DNA from: Lama glama | Taxonomy: Eukaryota | Direction: 5' to 3' | Assembly (NCBI GenBank): GCA_028534125.1 | Contig: CM052817.1 | Span: 5,458,001-5,522,000, forward strand | DNA: 64,000 nucleotides | Part shown: positions 27,901 through 41,495 of the stretch, one piece after another | Position numbering within the stretch: the stretch's first letter is position 1 | Layout: each line of letters begins with the position of its first letter | Made by a program: the position numbers and the translations under genes | Notes under the pieces: generated by a model | The model's database searches: none | Seen by the model: the letters and a program-made list of their open reading frames with translations, nothing else | What the model was told of the DNA's origin: nothing

Positions 27901-29779
27901 TCAGGTGAGCCGGGCCTGCCGCTGCTGCAGCCCTGTGACTACTGGCACTGTCACACCTCCAGAACGTGGCGCTCGGCACAGGTTCAGGTTCACAACCTGA
28001 ACTAGATTATCCGCCCTGGGACACATGGCACCTGGGGCAGATGACATCGCCTCCCTGAACCCCGGCTGGGAGAAACATGCTACTGCTATTCAGGTTAGGA
28101 GATGTCTTGTGCGAGAGCAGGCTGGTTCCAAGCAGGGCAGAGCCAGAGGCCCTGCCAGGACTTCTGCATTCTGGGGGACTGTGCGACCTTGGGCATGTCC
28201 CAGAAGTTCTCTGAGACTTGGTTTCCTCATCTGCGACCTCAGGAATCTTCTGGCTCAACAGTCACTCCCTGCGAGACTCCCACCTCTGGAGCAACCCTGC
28301 CAGCTGCCCCCAGGGATGGGGGACCCACCAGGTGAAACCTGCTGCCTGGGCTACTCCAGGACGGCCTGAAACCCTCCTCCCCAGTATAAGCCAACCGTGT
28401 GCCAGATGGTTCTGGAATGGAACAGACTGAGGACAAAAGAGGAGGCTGAGGCTGCATGGAGGGAATCACCTGACAAAGGTGCTGCATGGGGACATGGTGT
28501 TCCTGGCACCAGCCGCTACCACTCTAGGGCTGAGGCAGGAGGGGAAGGTGGGGACAGTGGCACCAGGCTGTGCAAACTGGGCAAGTCTGACACCTTGACA
28601 GGGAAGAGGGAGGCGAGACAGAAGCTGAGGCCTCAGGCAGCCCGGCCCTCCTGCAAAGCCTCTTTTGGGCCATCAATGCTTCAGAGTGGCCCCATGTGGC
28701 CTGGGTGCACAGGTGTGACCAGCTGAGCCTCTTTTCTTGAAATGAAGCACCTGCTGCAGCCTCCCTCCTGCCCCTATCCCCACCCCACTACCCAAACACA
28801 GACCAGAGTTGGGCGGAATCACAACCACTTTGCGGAGCTGAGTTAGTCTCTCCAAAGACCCACCATGGGAATGAACAAATCTTCCAGAAAGATAGGACCC
28901 ACCGCAGGGACAGTCCCCCATCCCTACCCTGCCCTGTGGCCAGCAATCACCAACATGCTGGAACAAACGACAAGCCCTGAGTCGCAACCTCCCTGCCAGG
29001 GACTAAATGAAACAACAAACGCGGAGACCCTTCAGGAAACTGAGTGAGCTAACCCGAGGCTGCGGTGGTTTTAAGCAGCAGCAAGATTATCAGAATGGAT
29101 GCGTGTTGATTATTTTAGGTTTGAGTTTTACAATATAATTGTCTAGACTCTTCAACATCTTTTAGCATTAACTCTGGAAAATATGGCTCTTAATGGACAG
29201 GAACTACTTGATTGCGTGCTGTATTTAAGGAAAGAGGGGGTGCTTCTTTAAATTCAGCACAAAGAAAAACCCCGCTCTGAGAAGAGGATGATGAATGGTT
29301 GTCCCCAGTTACACTGAGGAGCACAAGTGCTTATTTGGAGATTTCACAAAAGGAACAAAGAGAGGAAGGAGGCGGTGTAGGAGCGCGCACCCTGCCGCAT
29401 TTACCACCGGTGTGGGAGGGGCGGGCAGAGAGGGTAAAGAAGGGGATTCAGCCCCTAAGGAGGGTCCATCTCCCCACCACAAAGGGGCAAATCGGGCTGG
29501 AATTGCATCACCTGTGAAGGCGAGGGGCAGCCGCGCCGCCCCTGGGCTCATCCCGGAACCCGAGCTCCGGGTACCGCGGGGCTGGGATAAGCAGGGCTGG
29601 GTTGACAGCGGTGGGGCCAGTGCCCGCTCTTGGACAAGATTCCCACGAAAATCAGGAAAGGACCTTTACCTACGGCGTTCCACTGTCAGGATGAAGCTGT
29701 CACCTAAGGCGGGGGACCCCCCAGATCACCCGATCCAGAATCCCGCGCGGGGACGTGGTCCTCCGGGGGGCGTCCTCTA

Positions 29780-30292
<513 letters not shown>

Positions 30293-30444
30293 CTAGCGCG
30301 CCCCCAGTCCTGGCGCCACTGCGCCAGAGACCCGCCCGGGGACCCCGGTCCCTCCCACCCGGGGGGCTGCGCGGCCCCCGGACCCCGCTCCTCGGCGGGA
30401 GGGCCCAGCCTCGGCGCCCCGAGGCCCCGCGGGCCGGCACTCAC

Positions 30445-30540
30445 CCCACGCCCGGCTCCGGCAGGTCTGAGCTCCGAGCGCGCTCCGAGCCTCCGCGTCG
30501 CCCGCTACGGCTCGCAGCAATGGCGGAGGCGGCGCCGCGC
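30445..30540 (-). other. NSG1: Candidate non-coding first exon of NSG1 (5' boundary uncertain)
   Basis: Consensus donor GG|GTGAGT at 30444-30439 inside the CpG island, just downstream of GC and CCAAT boxes. Confidence 0.55.
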
Positions 30541-32237
30541 GCGGGGCCGGGGCGGGGGCGCCGCGCGATTGGGCTCCCTCCTCCCGCTCGCCGCCTCCCT
30601 TCCTGCCGCTCCCGGGGGTTAACTGCGCGCGGTGAGTGTGTGCGTGTGGCGGCGGCAGCCTTGACGCAGCGCGCGCGCCGGTCGCACAAAGGAGCGCGGG
30701 GCCGGTACGGGGGAGCGCTCCCCACGGGCCCCGCGGCCGCGCCAACCTGCGGATGGGGGCGCTGCTAGGAGCGGGGTGGGTTCGCGCTCCGGAGGGGAGG
30801 CTCGGAGCGGCGGGAGGGTTCCCCAGGGCTGGAGGCTGGGACGGGGAAAGAGGGGTGCGGGCTATGCAACCCTGGGGCGGCGGCGGCGGCCCGGGCGCAA
30901 GGCGATTCGAAGCGAGAAAGGGGTGCGGGGGTTGGGGCGTAGATCCTAGGAATGGAGCTGTCCCCAAAAGTGGGGGAAAAGGTCACCCGCTGACAGCCGA
31001 GCCGATCTGGGAGTCCAGACGAACAGTGAAAGGTCCTAGGGGGAGGGTTCCAGGAGGCGGTGGGCGGTGGCAGAGACCAGAGCGGAGCTTGCCTGGGTTG
31101 GCGAGAGGGCTACAAAAAGAGGGCGTGTCCCTATTGAAAGGAGGCTCGGGTGGGAATGGAGGGGAAAGATTGGTGGCGCAGGATGTGGGGGGAGCGCTCT
31201 CCAGAGCTGGGATGGTGTCCGGGTTTGAGGGGTTCGCCCAGGGTATCTGAAGCGAAGATATTCAGGGCAAAGAGAGGGCTCCGAGTGCCCTGTTGGAGGG
31301 TTTCTCTGGTCCAGTCGGCTGGAGTATCCAGGGCGCAGAGAACGGGAGGCCTGGGACGAAGAGGGAGTTTCTAACCTGATCCTCTGCGCTCTCTCCCCTC
31401 AGCGGGGCCACTGTCGCAGCTGCCCAGATTAGGGCCCCATTTTACAGACTTCCAGCCAGCCCTGCCCACAGGACCCCCAGGGGGAAAACTGCGGGGGTGC
31501 GGGCACAAGACCAGGAGCCAGAGGAAGGCTGCTGCTGGGGAAAGGGAACCTCCCCAGGCCCCTAAGTCCTGCTGGGGCCCTGCCAGGGCACGAGTAAGTG
31601 TCCTCCAGGGTCTTACTTTAACATCCTTTGTGTAGTTCTGCTTTGCTTGGCTGATGACCTGAGACCCAGTGTTTTCCATCAGCCACGTGAGAACCATGAG
31701 AGACCCCCCCCCAGAAACCGCCACCCCCCCACAAGCCCTAGGAATATTCCTAGAGACCAGGAACAGCCCCTGCCAGCCCAGCCTGGGAACCTGGCCCTGG
31801 GGGCCCGGATTTCAAATTCCCCAGGAACCTATCCCCCCTCCTTACACAGATGAGGTACGTGGATTCCTCTTAACTGGCCCCAGGTCCCCAGCAGGGTCCA
31901 AGTGGGCCTTTGACCACAGGGCAGCCTGGTGGGTCCCAGGCTCTTGGCCCAGGGAGGGCAGGTGTCCCAGGCATTGGCCACTGCCACCGGCCCTGGGGCT
32001 TGGCCTCATCATCCTTCTGGCAAAGGCCCTTGGAACAGAGGACGGGGACTGATGAGGCATCTGTGTGTGGTCCAGGTTCCTCCCACAGCAGGTGAGGAGG
32101 AGCAGCTAGCACCCCCATCCCCGGTGCTGGCCTAGCTTCATCCCTGGCCAGACTAAGCTCACAGATGAGGAGAGACATGGGCTTCAAGGAGCGGATAGCT
32201 TTGTCCCCATCCTAGGTGCCAGTGTTTTACAGACTCC

Positions 32238-32238
<1 letters not shown>

Positions 32239-32271
<33 letters not shown>
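32239..32271. repeat. (CA)n microsatellite, ~16 units
   Basis: Perfect ac repeat. Confidence 0.95.
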
Positions 32272-32274
<3 letters not shown>

Positions 32275-32791
32275 TACAGTCACAACCCCACACCAGGAGC
32301 TGCAGAGTGGGCCTCCTGGACCCTGTGTGGACCCTGTTCCCCTTCAAAGTCTTCATCAGCCGAGAAGCACACAGACAAGAAAGCCCACAGTTGTCCCGGA
32401 GACGGCAGCAGACAGTCACCGTGCCGCTTGCGTCCTTTTCACACTGTCCTGGTTTTCACTGGTGCTGGTCACTGGGACTTTGCAGCTTTGTTCTGTGTGG
32501 GTGTTTTTGTGGGTTCTCAGGCCACACCAGACCCTGGGAAAAGCACACACAGGCCATGCAATGAATAGGACACACAGCCAGCCCACCAGCAGCTGATGGA
32601 TGAGGAAGATGAAATGACAAGTCTTTGGGCAGAGCAGAGGGTCCACTGGAGGAAGCAGCCACTTCCACTGCGGAGGGGAGAGGACAGGAGACTGTGGTTA
32701 AAGTGTGAAATCCACAGGGGGTCCCCAGGGGGCAGAGCGGGCAACACACGCAGGGAGGAAGGCCTCCCAGGTCCGGACGGGATGTGCAGGC

Positions 32792-33166
32792 AGACATCAG
32801 TCTCTCGGGGCTGCCGTAACAAACTCCCTCAACATGGGGGGCTTCAAACAACAGAAGTGTATTGTCTCACAGCTCTGGAGGCCAGAATCCGAGATCAAGG
32901 TGTCAGCCAGGCCACACTCTTTGCAGGGGCTGTAGTCAAGAATCTGTTCCTGCCTCTGCCAGCTTCTGGTGGCCTCAGGCGGTACTTGACTAATGGCTGA
33001 ATCACTCCAATTTCTGTCCCTGTAGTCACTGTCCCCTCCCCTCCTCTCTGTGTCTCTTATAAGGGCACTTGTCATCAGATTTCAGGGCCACTCAGATGCA
33101 TATTCACAGATTCTAAGGGTTAGATTTGGACGTCTTTGGGGGGGGGGCATCACTGAGCCAACTACA
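32792..33166 (-). mobile_element. MLT1 solo LTR
   Basis: ggctgccgtaacaaa...aaacaacagaagtgtattgtctcacagctctggag...tcttataagggcac. Confidence 0.85.
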
Positions 33167-33589
33167 GGTGTCCAGCCTGCAAGGGGGCAGTCATTTGGGG
33201 AACTCAAGCTCAGGGTTGCAGATGGTTCTGAGAGGGGCAGGGTCTTGGCTAGCAAATAGGTTGAAGAGGCAACAGTCAGAGAACTGGGATCAAGTGAAGC
33301 TGCGATGGTGGTTGTGGGACAAACAGATTGAAGGTGTTTTACAATGTACACAGACTGAAATCAGCAGGACTGGGTCTTCCCTTAGACCTGTTTCACCCTT
33401 GCGCTAGCAGTCTGTACCTCCTGGTGCCTCGCAGGATTTTTGACATCTGCTTGGTTTTTCTAAACGACTCTTTTAGGGACACTTCTAGGCTTATGATCTC
33501 AATGACATCACTGCTCACGTGACTGCTGTAACCCCCACCCCCATCTTCCCTCCACAGGGCAGGGCAGCCAGCTGCTTCTCCCTGTACCA

Positions 33590-33776
33590 GCTACTATCTA
33601 TAAAATAGATAAACAACAAGGTCCTGCTGTACAGCACAGGGAACTACATTCAATATCATGTAATAGCCTATAATGAAAAAGAATAGGAAAAAGAATATAC
33701 ATATGTGTAACTGAGTCACGATGCTGTACACGAGAAATTAACACAACATTGTAAACTGACTGCACTCTTAAAAAAG
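33590..33776 (+). mobile_element. Short LINE-1 3' end (artiodactyl-type)
   Basis: Near-identical to 41298-41495 (atagataaacaacaaggtcctgctgta...cacaacattgtaaa). Confidence 0.85.
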
Positions 33777-33889
33777 GATATCATTTTAAAAAGACCCTGT
33801 CCTTTCCACATCCTGGCCTCTCAGCGACTTCCCTTGTCCCTCTGGCTGGGGCCCGGGCTGCCACAGCAGGAGGCAGTGACAGTCTTATT

Positions 33890-34070
33890 TCCAGCCCTGT
33901 CTCTCCCACTTCTAGCTAGGTGTCTTTGGACAAGTCGCCTAACTTCTCTGTGCCTCAGTTTCCTCATCTATAAAATGGAGATTGTAGTAGTATCTCTATC
34001 ATAGTGTTGTGGGAATCAAATGAGCTATTATTATATTTTTTAAAAACCCGCAGTGCCTGCCTTGCTGTTG
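33890..34070 (+). mobile_element. MIR SINE
   Basis: ttggacaagtcgcctaacttctctgtgcctcagtttcctcatctataaaatgg. Confidence 0.8.
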
Positions 34071-36615
34071 TTACAGCTTTGACCTCTAATTAGGCACACT
34101 GTGGTTTCTGTAGCCTATGCCGAGCCAGGAGGACGTGGTGGAGGCTTGTTGTGGGTGTAGGATTAGTGCTCAGGCTGACTAAGGAGGCCCTCCCCCAGGT
34201 CCTGATGAGCCTCTTTGTAGCTTGGGGAAGTAAATGCCTAGTCCCAGGCCACAGAGTGCCACGCGGAGTGCTCCCCCAGCCGGCTTCCCCATAACCAGCC
34301 TGGTCCCCAGCACAAGGGCAAACCCTGATGGAAAACTTTATCTTCCACTTCTCCATCTCCCGTGCCTAGAACAGGGCCTGGCGTGCGGCGAGTACTCAGG
34401 AACTGGTTGTTAAACAGAATAGGCAGCCACTCACTTTACATTCATGGTAGATTCAGGCATTTAAATGTCAGGTTTGTAAAGCCAAGTTCAAGTGTGTAGT
34501 GAGAAAATTCACAGTCTAATTCAAGCTGGAGGCGGGGTATCCCATAGCATCATTGAGTCTTTCTCCTTCCTAAGTTTAACTCTGCTGCACATGCTCATCT
34601 CTAAATGCCAGACCTTATTTTAAAATGTGTAACGTACAGACAAAATCATAAATACGGCGATTTTCCTGATTTTAGTGTTTCAGGTATCTTTTATTCTCCA
34701 GCCCTCAGCACATATTAGGGACTCAGGAAAAGGTTAAGAAACGAGTGATGTTTTTGCTTCTTTTGTACTTGTAGGAACAGAGTAAACAGGATTCTGGGCT
34801 CCAAGTCATTTGGCAACCTCTTACGTTTTAAAGAGAGCTGTGTGTGTGTTTATTTTTTCTGGATTTTAGGCGTCTTGAGGTTTTTTTGTTTGTCGTTGCC
34901 TACAAGGTTCTAATGAATCACTCAGCAGTTCCTAATTTTCCCCCAATATTTCTAAGATCAACCTTAACTTGGCTGTGAGGCCCTTGGCCTTGGTGGGGCT
35001 GTGGGAATCGGGGGCTGCAGAGCTCTGGCGAGTGGCCCTCTCCAGGTCTCAGTTTCCTCATCTACAAATCAAGGGAGTGATCCCAAAGATTTTATTTTTT
35101 CAGCTCCAAGATCTAGGCGATAAGAAAAGTTGTTTTTTAAAATGCTCCCCACCTGAGCCCCATTTTTGGCTTTGAGGTCAGAGCATTGCCGTTTTGGGTG
35201 ATCAATGGGCGTGAAGTCAGCAGAAGTTTTTTTTGTTTTGTTTCTGTTTTTCCAGTTGGGTAACTGTTTCCAAGATGCTGGTAGCTCCAAATTCCTATGC
35301 TTTGCACAACCCAGGTTGCTTTCAGATGTTCAGATCTATCCAACCCCAAAATCAGGGACATCAGAGTAGAAAACTATTTCGGACAAGGAACGTGGCTGTC
35401 TAGTGGAAGGAAACTAAAAGGCTCTCTAGTGACCTCAGCGTTTTCCAGGGCAGCAGGGAGGGAGGGAGGGAGCGGGGAAGAAGGAGCAGCAGCCTTCAGC
35501 CCCGCCCCCCCCACCCCCCACCCCCGTCCCCCACCCCGCAAGGGGCAGGGAGCAGACGGAGGGGAGGGAGCGGCACCTGCAGTTCTAAGGAGCACCTCCC
35601 TCAGTTGCCTTTTATTTTGATGGTGGGGGAGCGCGGGTCAAGTTCAGAAGATAAAACCCCACCATCTTCCTTCCCTGGGAGGAAATTCAGATCCAGCGAC
35701 AAGGTATCTTAGGATCTAGGGTTTTCAGAGGTTGAATCATCCTCTGGCTCCACACCCTTCTTTTACATTTACAGCCGGGGATACCGAGGCTGGCAGGGAG
35801 TCAGGTGCACTGTCACTGGCCACTCAGCAGAGAAGTTGAACCTGTCCCCGGGACTTTCAGCCCGTTCATTCCGCCCAGGGAGCCAGGGCAGCGAGCTCAC
35901 AGACCAGGCAGACTCCCTCCCCCAACACCGCCTCCCAGGCACCTTCTACGTCCTCCAGACCAGCTCCCACCGTCCCAGCCTCTCTCCAGGCCCGCAGACA
36001 CCATATCTTACTTCAGCATCGTCTGGCCAGTGGCGACCTGCTCCCCTTGCCCCTCAGGCTGGCCCTGTCCCTTGAATAAGGTCACTCAGGAGCCCACTCA
36101 CCTCTCCCTGCCTTCCTGCTGGCCCAGAAATGTTCCCAGCTCCCCACCACCCTCTCTGGCTATTGGACCACCTCTTCTGGGCCCCACACCCTGGCCACAC
36201 CTTTGCGAACAATCCCTCCTCAAATGATCTCACTTTAGGGGGCATCTGCCACCTTGTGATGTCTTGACTGGTCCAGATGCCAAGGGAGGGCTTTTTTGCT
36301 CCCACCTGGACCCTCCCGGGAGCCTCCACCTGCCCCCTCCTCCTGGGGGAAGAACTTGAGGAGGAGGAAGATAAAACACTTTAATTGCCATTATCTTCTT
36401 GATCTTTTTAGCTTCACAAAAATTCCAGAGTGGATGGGGCAGGTATTGTTATACCCATTCTGCAGACAAAGGCACCATGACAATAGTTCAAAGTGCCCAT
36501 ATTGACAATAGTTAAGGTGCAGTGGATGCTGACAAGGGCTCTTTAGGCCCTGACTATTAATCCCCCTAAACCACCATCTGGGTTTGGTTCTATTACTCCA
36601 AGTCTCAGATGAGAC

Positions 36616-37250
36616 TGTTAGAGCAGGCAGACAGCTAGATATGAGCAGAGAGAGGGGGGCACAGGCCAAATGGCAGGAACTGGGCAGAAAGGAGGGGCAC
36701 GGGCTGAATGCAGGAAACCATACATCATGTAAGCACCAGAGATCCCTGGGCAGATAAAGAAAAGCAGGAACCTCTGGGCTGATAAGTGGTCACAGCTTTT
36801 GGAGTGAAGAGTGGCCTGGAGGCCGACAAAGATAGGTGAGAAAAAGCAGGAATCTCCAGTGTCCGATTGTAACCTTTTGCTCGTTATGCCCTCATTACAA
36901 TAAAATTAGCCTTGCAGATTAGAAGCATCCATCATGCACTGATGCCATGACACTTCCGATCTAGACTAAACAAGGACAAAAATCCCTCCTCCCTTGGGAT
37001 GAAAATTCGGGAATACGACCCCAAACCCTTCCCTCCCCAGTGAACATTTCGCCCATTCATTTTTACACCCTAACTAACTGACTTGCCTAAGAAACTCAGG
37101 GCAGCCGCTCACTGAGCCTGCCTGCTCTTGAGAGTGTACCAGCCATCCCTTAGTCAGCCCTCACTTTGTTTCTGAACCACTGCGTCTTGTCTCTGAGTTC
37201 TTTCTGGGACGGGACAAGGACCTGGAAACTGGTTACATCTACCAGGAACA
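36616..37250 (+). mobile_element. ERV1-class solo LTR, 635 bp
   Basis: TGTT...AACA inverted termini; perfect 4-bp TSD AGAC (36612-36615 and 37251-37254); pyrimidine-rich U5-like end (tcttgtctctgagttctttct...gacaaggacc). Confidence 0.8.
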
Positions 37251-38691
37251 AGACCACTGAGGCTGAGGTGAAACAGGGTCATTAAGACAAGGCTGGGAAG
37301 GGACGCCGGTAGAGCACCATCAGGCGCTGAAGAACCTAGTCAAAGCATAGACTTCTCGCCAAGGCGGCAGCCACCTCCCTCTGCTCCGAGCCCAGCCCTG
37401 CCTCCGTGCTCGTGACCCTAAACTCGGGTGCTGAGTGTCTGCCACCCGTTGTTCCCTTTCCTCATTGGAAACGAATTATACTGGCAGTGTGGCCTTGGGC
37501 AGAGTACCAACCCGCCCCAGCCTCAGTTTCCCTGTCTATAAAATGAGGGGGATGGGCTAGAATGATAACTTAATTTCCCTCCTGCTTCAGAGCCCCCCCG
37601 CCCTGACCCCAGCAATTTGGTTCACTCTCCCTATCACAAGGATAGCTCAGGATGAATCAGAACCAAAATCATCAAGGGCGTTCTGAGGTCAAGCAAGGTA
37701 CTGCACACGACTTGGGGAATAAATGATCAGGGCCATGGAATCTCATCAGCTCCGTCCCTGCTTGGTTGATGAGCGTCACCCAGTGCCAGCTAAGCAACAG
37801 TTCCCAGCGTGTAGCAATAACTCTATTAAATTATTTAGCTGGTAGATGATTATAAAAGCCCTTTGCCAAAGTAAAGAACCACACAAAGGCGAAATCCTAA
37901 TAACAGTAATACCACTGTATGCTTGAACTAATTATTGAATTTTTCAAAAGCCCACAGATGGATGAGTGCAATGCTTTCCACGCTCTGTGGAGCCAGGGTC
38001 CCTGGGAGAGTGTCTAAAATTCACAGCATCCCGGAGTGTGCTGGAGATTACACAGCGCAAGGCTGAACTGCATTGCAGGCAGCTCAGCTATGACCTAATG
38101 GGGCTGTTCTGCGCAGAACGTCTCCCTTCCCGCGGCTGGGCTGGGCTTCAGGTGGCCACAGCCGAGCGAAATTAGCACACGGCAGATCCACAGGCTCTGA
38201 GCTGACCTAGGACTTCCAGCCGTGGCATGCTTTTTTTTTTCACATCCATAATTTATAACCTTTTCTCTGTCAGGCAGTCTCCCCTGTTTCTCTGGTCCAG
38301 CTGGGGAAAAGGGAGTGGGTTCTTTATGAGCAGATTTTCCCGAAGATTGAGATTTTACCCTTCTAGTTCTCATTTTCCTCATTTTGGACCACAGTTATTT
38401 AATATGCAAGGCATGTTGCCCTGTCTTCTGAAACAGAGGATGTTGAAGAATGGGGTCAGCTTTCTGCACAAGCTGGACTTGGGGCGTGGGGTTGGGAGCC
38501 CCACTACACTGAGGGCCCCCAGGCTCCCAGGCCTGGTTAGTGCTGAATTCTGCTTTTGTCGCCATCTCTGTGGCCTCTGTCCTGGTCACTATCCTCACCA
38601 CTCACCCTCTTACCTCTTTCCAACTTGCTGTGAGCAAAATATCCAAATTGCCAAATATATTAGAATAACATCAAAAAAGGAGGAGGGAGGC

Positions 38692-39153
38692 TGTAGTGGG
38701 TTGAATAGGAATCCCTAAAAATTCATGTCTACCTGGGACCTCAGAATGTGACCTTACTTGGAAATGGAGTCTTTGCAGATATAATTGGTTGAAGATCTTG
38801 GGATGAAATCATCCTGGATTTAGGATGGCCCTAAATCCAGTGACTGGTGTCCTTATAGGAAGAGGACACAGGGTGACACACAGAAGAGAAGGGCTGGTGA
38901 TGACAAAGGCACAGCATAGACAGGCGTAGCCACACACCAAGAAACAGCGAGAATTGCCACCAGCCCTCAGAAACCAGGAGAGGGGCAGCACAGACCCTCC
39001 CCAAGACAGCAGAGGGAGCATGCCCTGCCGACACCTTGATTTTGAACTTCCAGCCTCCAGAAGCAGGAGAGAGTGCACTCCTGTTGTTTTAAGCTCCACC
39101 CTGGCCACCCAGTGTGTGGTCATTTGTTACAACAGCCCTAGGAGATTAACACA
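38692..39153 (+). mobile_element. MLT1 solo LTR (MLT1C-like)
   Basis: tgtagtgggttgaat...cagaatgtgaccttacttggaaat...ggagattaacaca. Confidence 0.9.
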
Positions 39154-39504
39154 GAAATGCTACAGCCCCAGTCCCTTCCTTAGGACTTTTACACTTTACA
39201 TCTTGACCTGGTACATATTTTGATGTCATATGCATTTTTAAAATAGCCCTTTACTGTTTTCAAAGCATTTCATAAGCACAAATTTCCACAACTAAAGCTC
39301 AGTAGCATGAAGGTGCGTGTACCTGCTCCGCGCAGCGTCTGAGCCGGGTGGTTGTCACAGGCACTTGCTAATTCCCGACCAGAGCCCTATCCACGACGTG
39401 ATCCTGCCTCCCCTCGAGTCCTTGAATGAAGACCCCGCACTTTGGGGTTTAGAGTCACGAACCTGCATTTCAGTGCTGCAATCGGACTCAGAGAGCAGTA
39501 GTCC

Positions 39505-39675
39505 AGGGCTGTGGTTCTCCACGTGGGGTCCAGGGACCAGCACATCAGCCTCACCTGGGAACTGGTTAGACATGCAAATTCTCAGGCTCCACCCCAGACC
39601 TGCCGGCTCAGAGACTCTGGTTTAACAAGCCCTCCAGGTGACTCCCATGCACACACAAGTGGCAGAATCCCTGGC
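39505..39675. mobile_element. MER5A-like hAT MITE
   Basis: gtggttctc...tcacctgggaactggttagacatgcaaattctcaggctccacccc...tttaacaagccctccaggtga. Confidence 0.8.
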
Positions 39676-39677
39676 TC

Positions 39678-39990
39678 CAGGTTTGCAAACTGGAACTCCG
39701 CAGGCTGCATGACATTAAACACACAGACGTGTTTTGCTTGTTGGCATTTTTAAAAATTGCTTCAACTGGAACTACTGAGAAGCAGGAGATCTCACAAGAT
39801 ATCCAGATTTCGTGCTTTCTTCTGGAAAACTGAGTGATAACAACAGAGGCATTTCTAGAGGACGAAAGTCAGCTGCGTAGGGATGAGGGCTGCCCACTGC
39901 GCATGCCCCCATTTGCCGCCGATGGGGCTGTGCTCCACTCACAGGTGCTACCTCTTCTGCTTGGCCTCCGCAGGCACTTGAGTTTGAAAC
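39678..39990. mobile_element. MER103-like hAT relic
   Basis: ttgcaaactgg...cagacgtgttttg...tccagatttc...ttctggaaaact pattern. Confidence 0.5.
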
Positions 39991-40636
39991 CCTAATCTAA
40001 CCCAATACCTCACTTTACAGACGGGGATACTGAGGAACAGACAAGGGAGTGAGCAAGTTCCGATGTGTTTGCTGGGTGACCCCGGCAGCTCAGAAGCCTT
40101 TGCGGGTATGTGAGGGAAACAGAGGTTCATCAGGGGCACCTGGGAAAGCTGTGCTCGTGAGAAGTCAGCCCTGAAATTAGACAGTCTCAGTGGTACCACG
40201 GCCACTCAGGAGAAGGTGAGGGAAGATGGGGCAAGGCCGTGGAGAGGGAGGGGAGGGAGAGACACAGAAGATGGTCAGGGGATGGCTACGACAGCACCAA
40301 CAAGAGACAACAAGTGTTGCTGGGGATGTGAGGACATTGGAACCCTTCGACGCCACTGGTGGGAATGTAAAATGGTGCAGCCACTGTGAAAAGCAAAGCG
40401 ACAGCACCTCGAAAAGGTAAATAAACGTAGAATGACGGTATGGTCCAGCAATTCCACTCCTAGGTATGCACCCAACACACGTTCGCACAAAATGAGGACA
40501 CAGACGTTCTTTCCAACATGAATTATAAAAGCTGAAAAGTGGAAACTGCCCAAAGGTCCACCAACTGATAGAGGAATAAACAAAATGTGGTCTCACTGTG
40601 CAATAGAATATTACTCAGCCATAAGCAGAAATGACA

Positions 40637-41495
40637 TTGGTGCAGCCACTATGGAAAACTGTATGGAGATTCCTTAAAAAAACTAAGAATAGAGTTAGCA
40701 TATGATCCAGCAATCCCATTCCTGGGCATATATCCAGGGAAAACTCTAATTTGAAAAGATACATGCCCCCCAATGCTCATAACAGCACTATTTATAATAG
40801 TCAAGACATAGAAGCTACCTAAATGTCCATCAACAGATGACTGGATAAAGAAGATATGGAGTAGAATACTACTCAGCCATAAAAAAGAATGAAATAATAC
40901 CATTTGCAGCAACATGGACGGACCTAGAGATTATCACATTAAGTGAAGTCAGATAAAGACAAATATTGTATGATATCATTTATATGTGGAATCTAAAAAA
41001 ATGACACAGAGGGAGGGTATAGCTCAGTGGTAGAGCACATGCTTAGCATGCACAAGGTCCTGAGTTCAATCCCCAGCACCTCCATTAAAAAATAAAAAAA
41101 TAAATAAACCTAATTACCTCCCTCCCAAAAATGTTTAATAAAAAGACAATATTAAAAAGTAAAAAATTTTAAATGATACAAATGAACTTATGTGCAAAAC
41201 AGAAACAGACTCACAGACATAGCAAACAAACTTATGGTTACCAAAAGGGAAGGGTGGGGGGAAGGGATAAATTGGGAGTTTGGAATTAGCAGATACAAAC
41301 TACTATATAGAAGATAGATAAACAACAAGGTCCTGCTGTAGAGCACAGGGAACGACATTCAGTAGCTTGTAATAACCTATAATGAAAAAGAATATGAAAA
41401 GGAACATAGATATTTGTACAACTCAATCACTATGCTGTACACCAGAAATTAGCACAACATTGTAAATCAACTAACCTTCAATTAAAATTTTTAAA
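40637..41495 (+). mobile_element. Younger 5'-truncated LINE-1 (artiodactyl-type) nested in an older L1 and itself carrying a SINE
   Basis: Low-divergence L1 3' end; flanking direct repeat AAATGACA at 40629-40636 and 41496-41503. Confidence 0.88.
41009..41170 (+). mobile_element. tRNA-derived SINE (camelid vic-1-like)
   Basis: A box TAGCTCAGTGG, B box GAGTTCAATCC, taaataaacctaattacctcc body, A-rich tail; TSD AAATGACACA/AAATGATACA. Confidence 0.9.

Noticed and set aside
41011..41083. tRNA-like sequence (also 61670-61742 on -)
   Set aside because: It continues into a SINE body and A-rich tail, has a TSD, and occurs as several dispersed copies, so it is a SINE head rather than a tRNA gene
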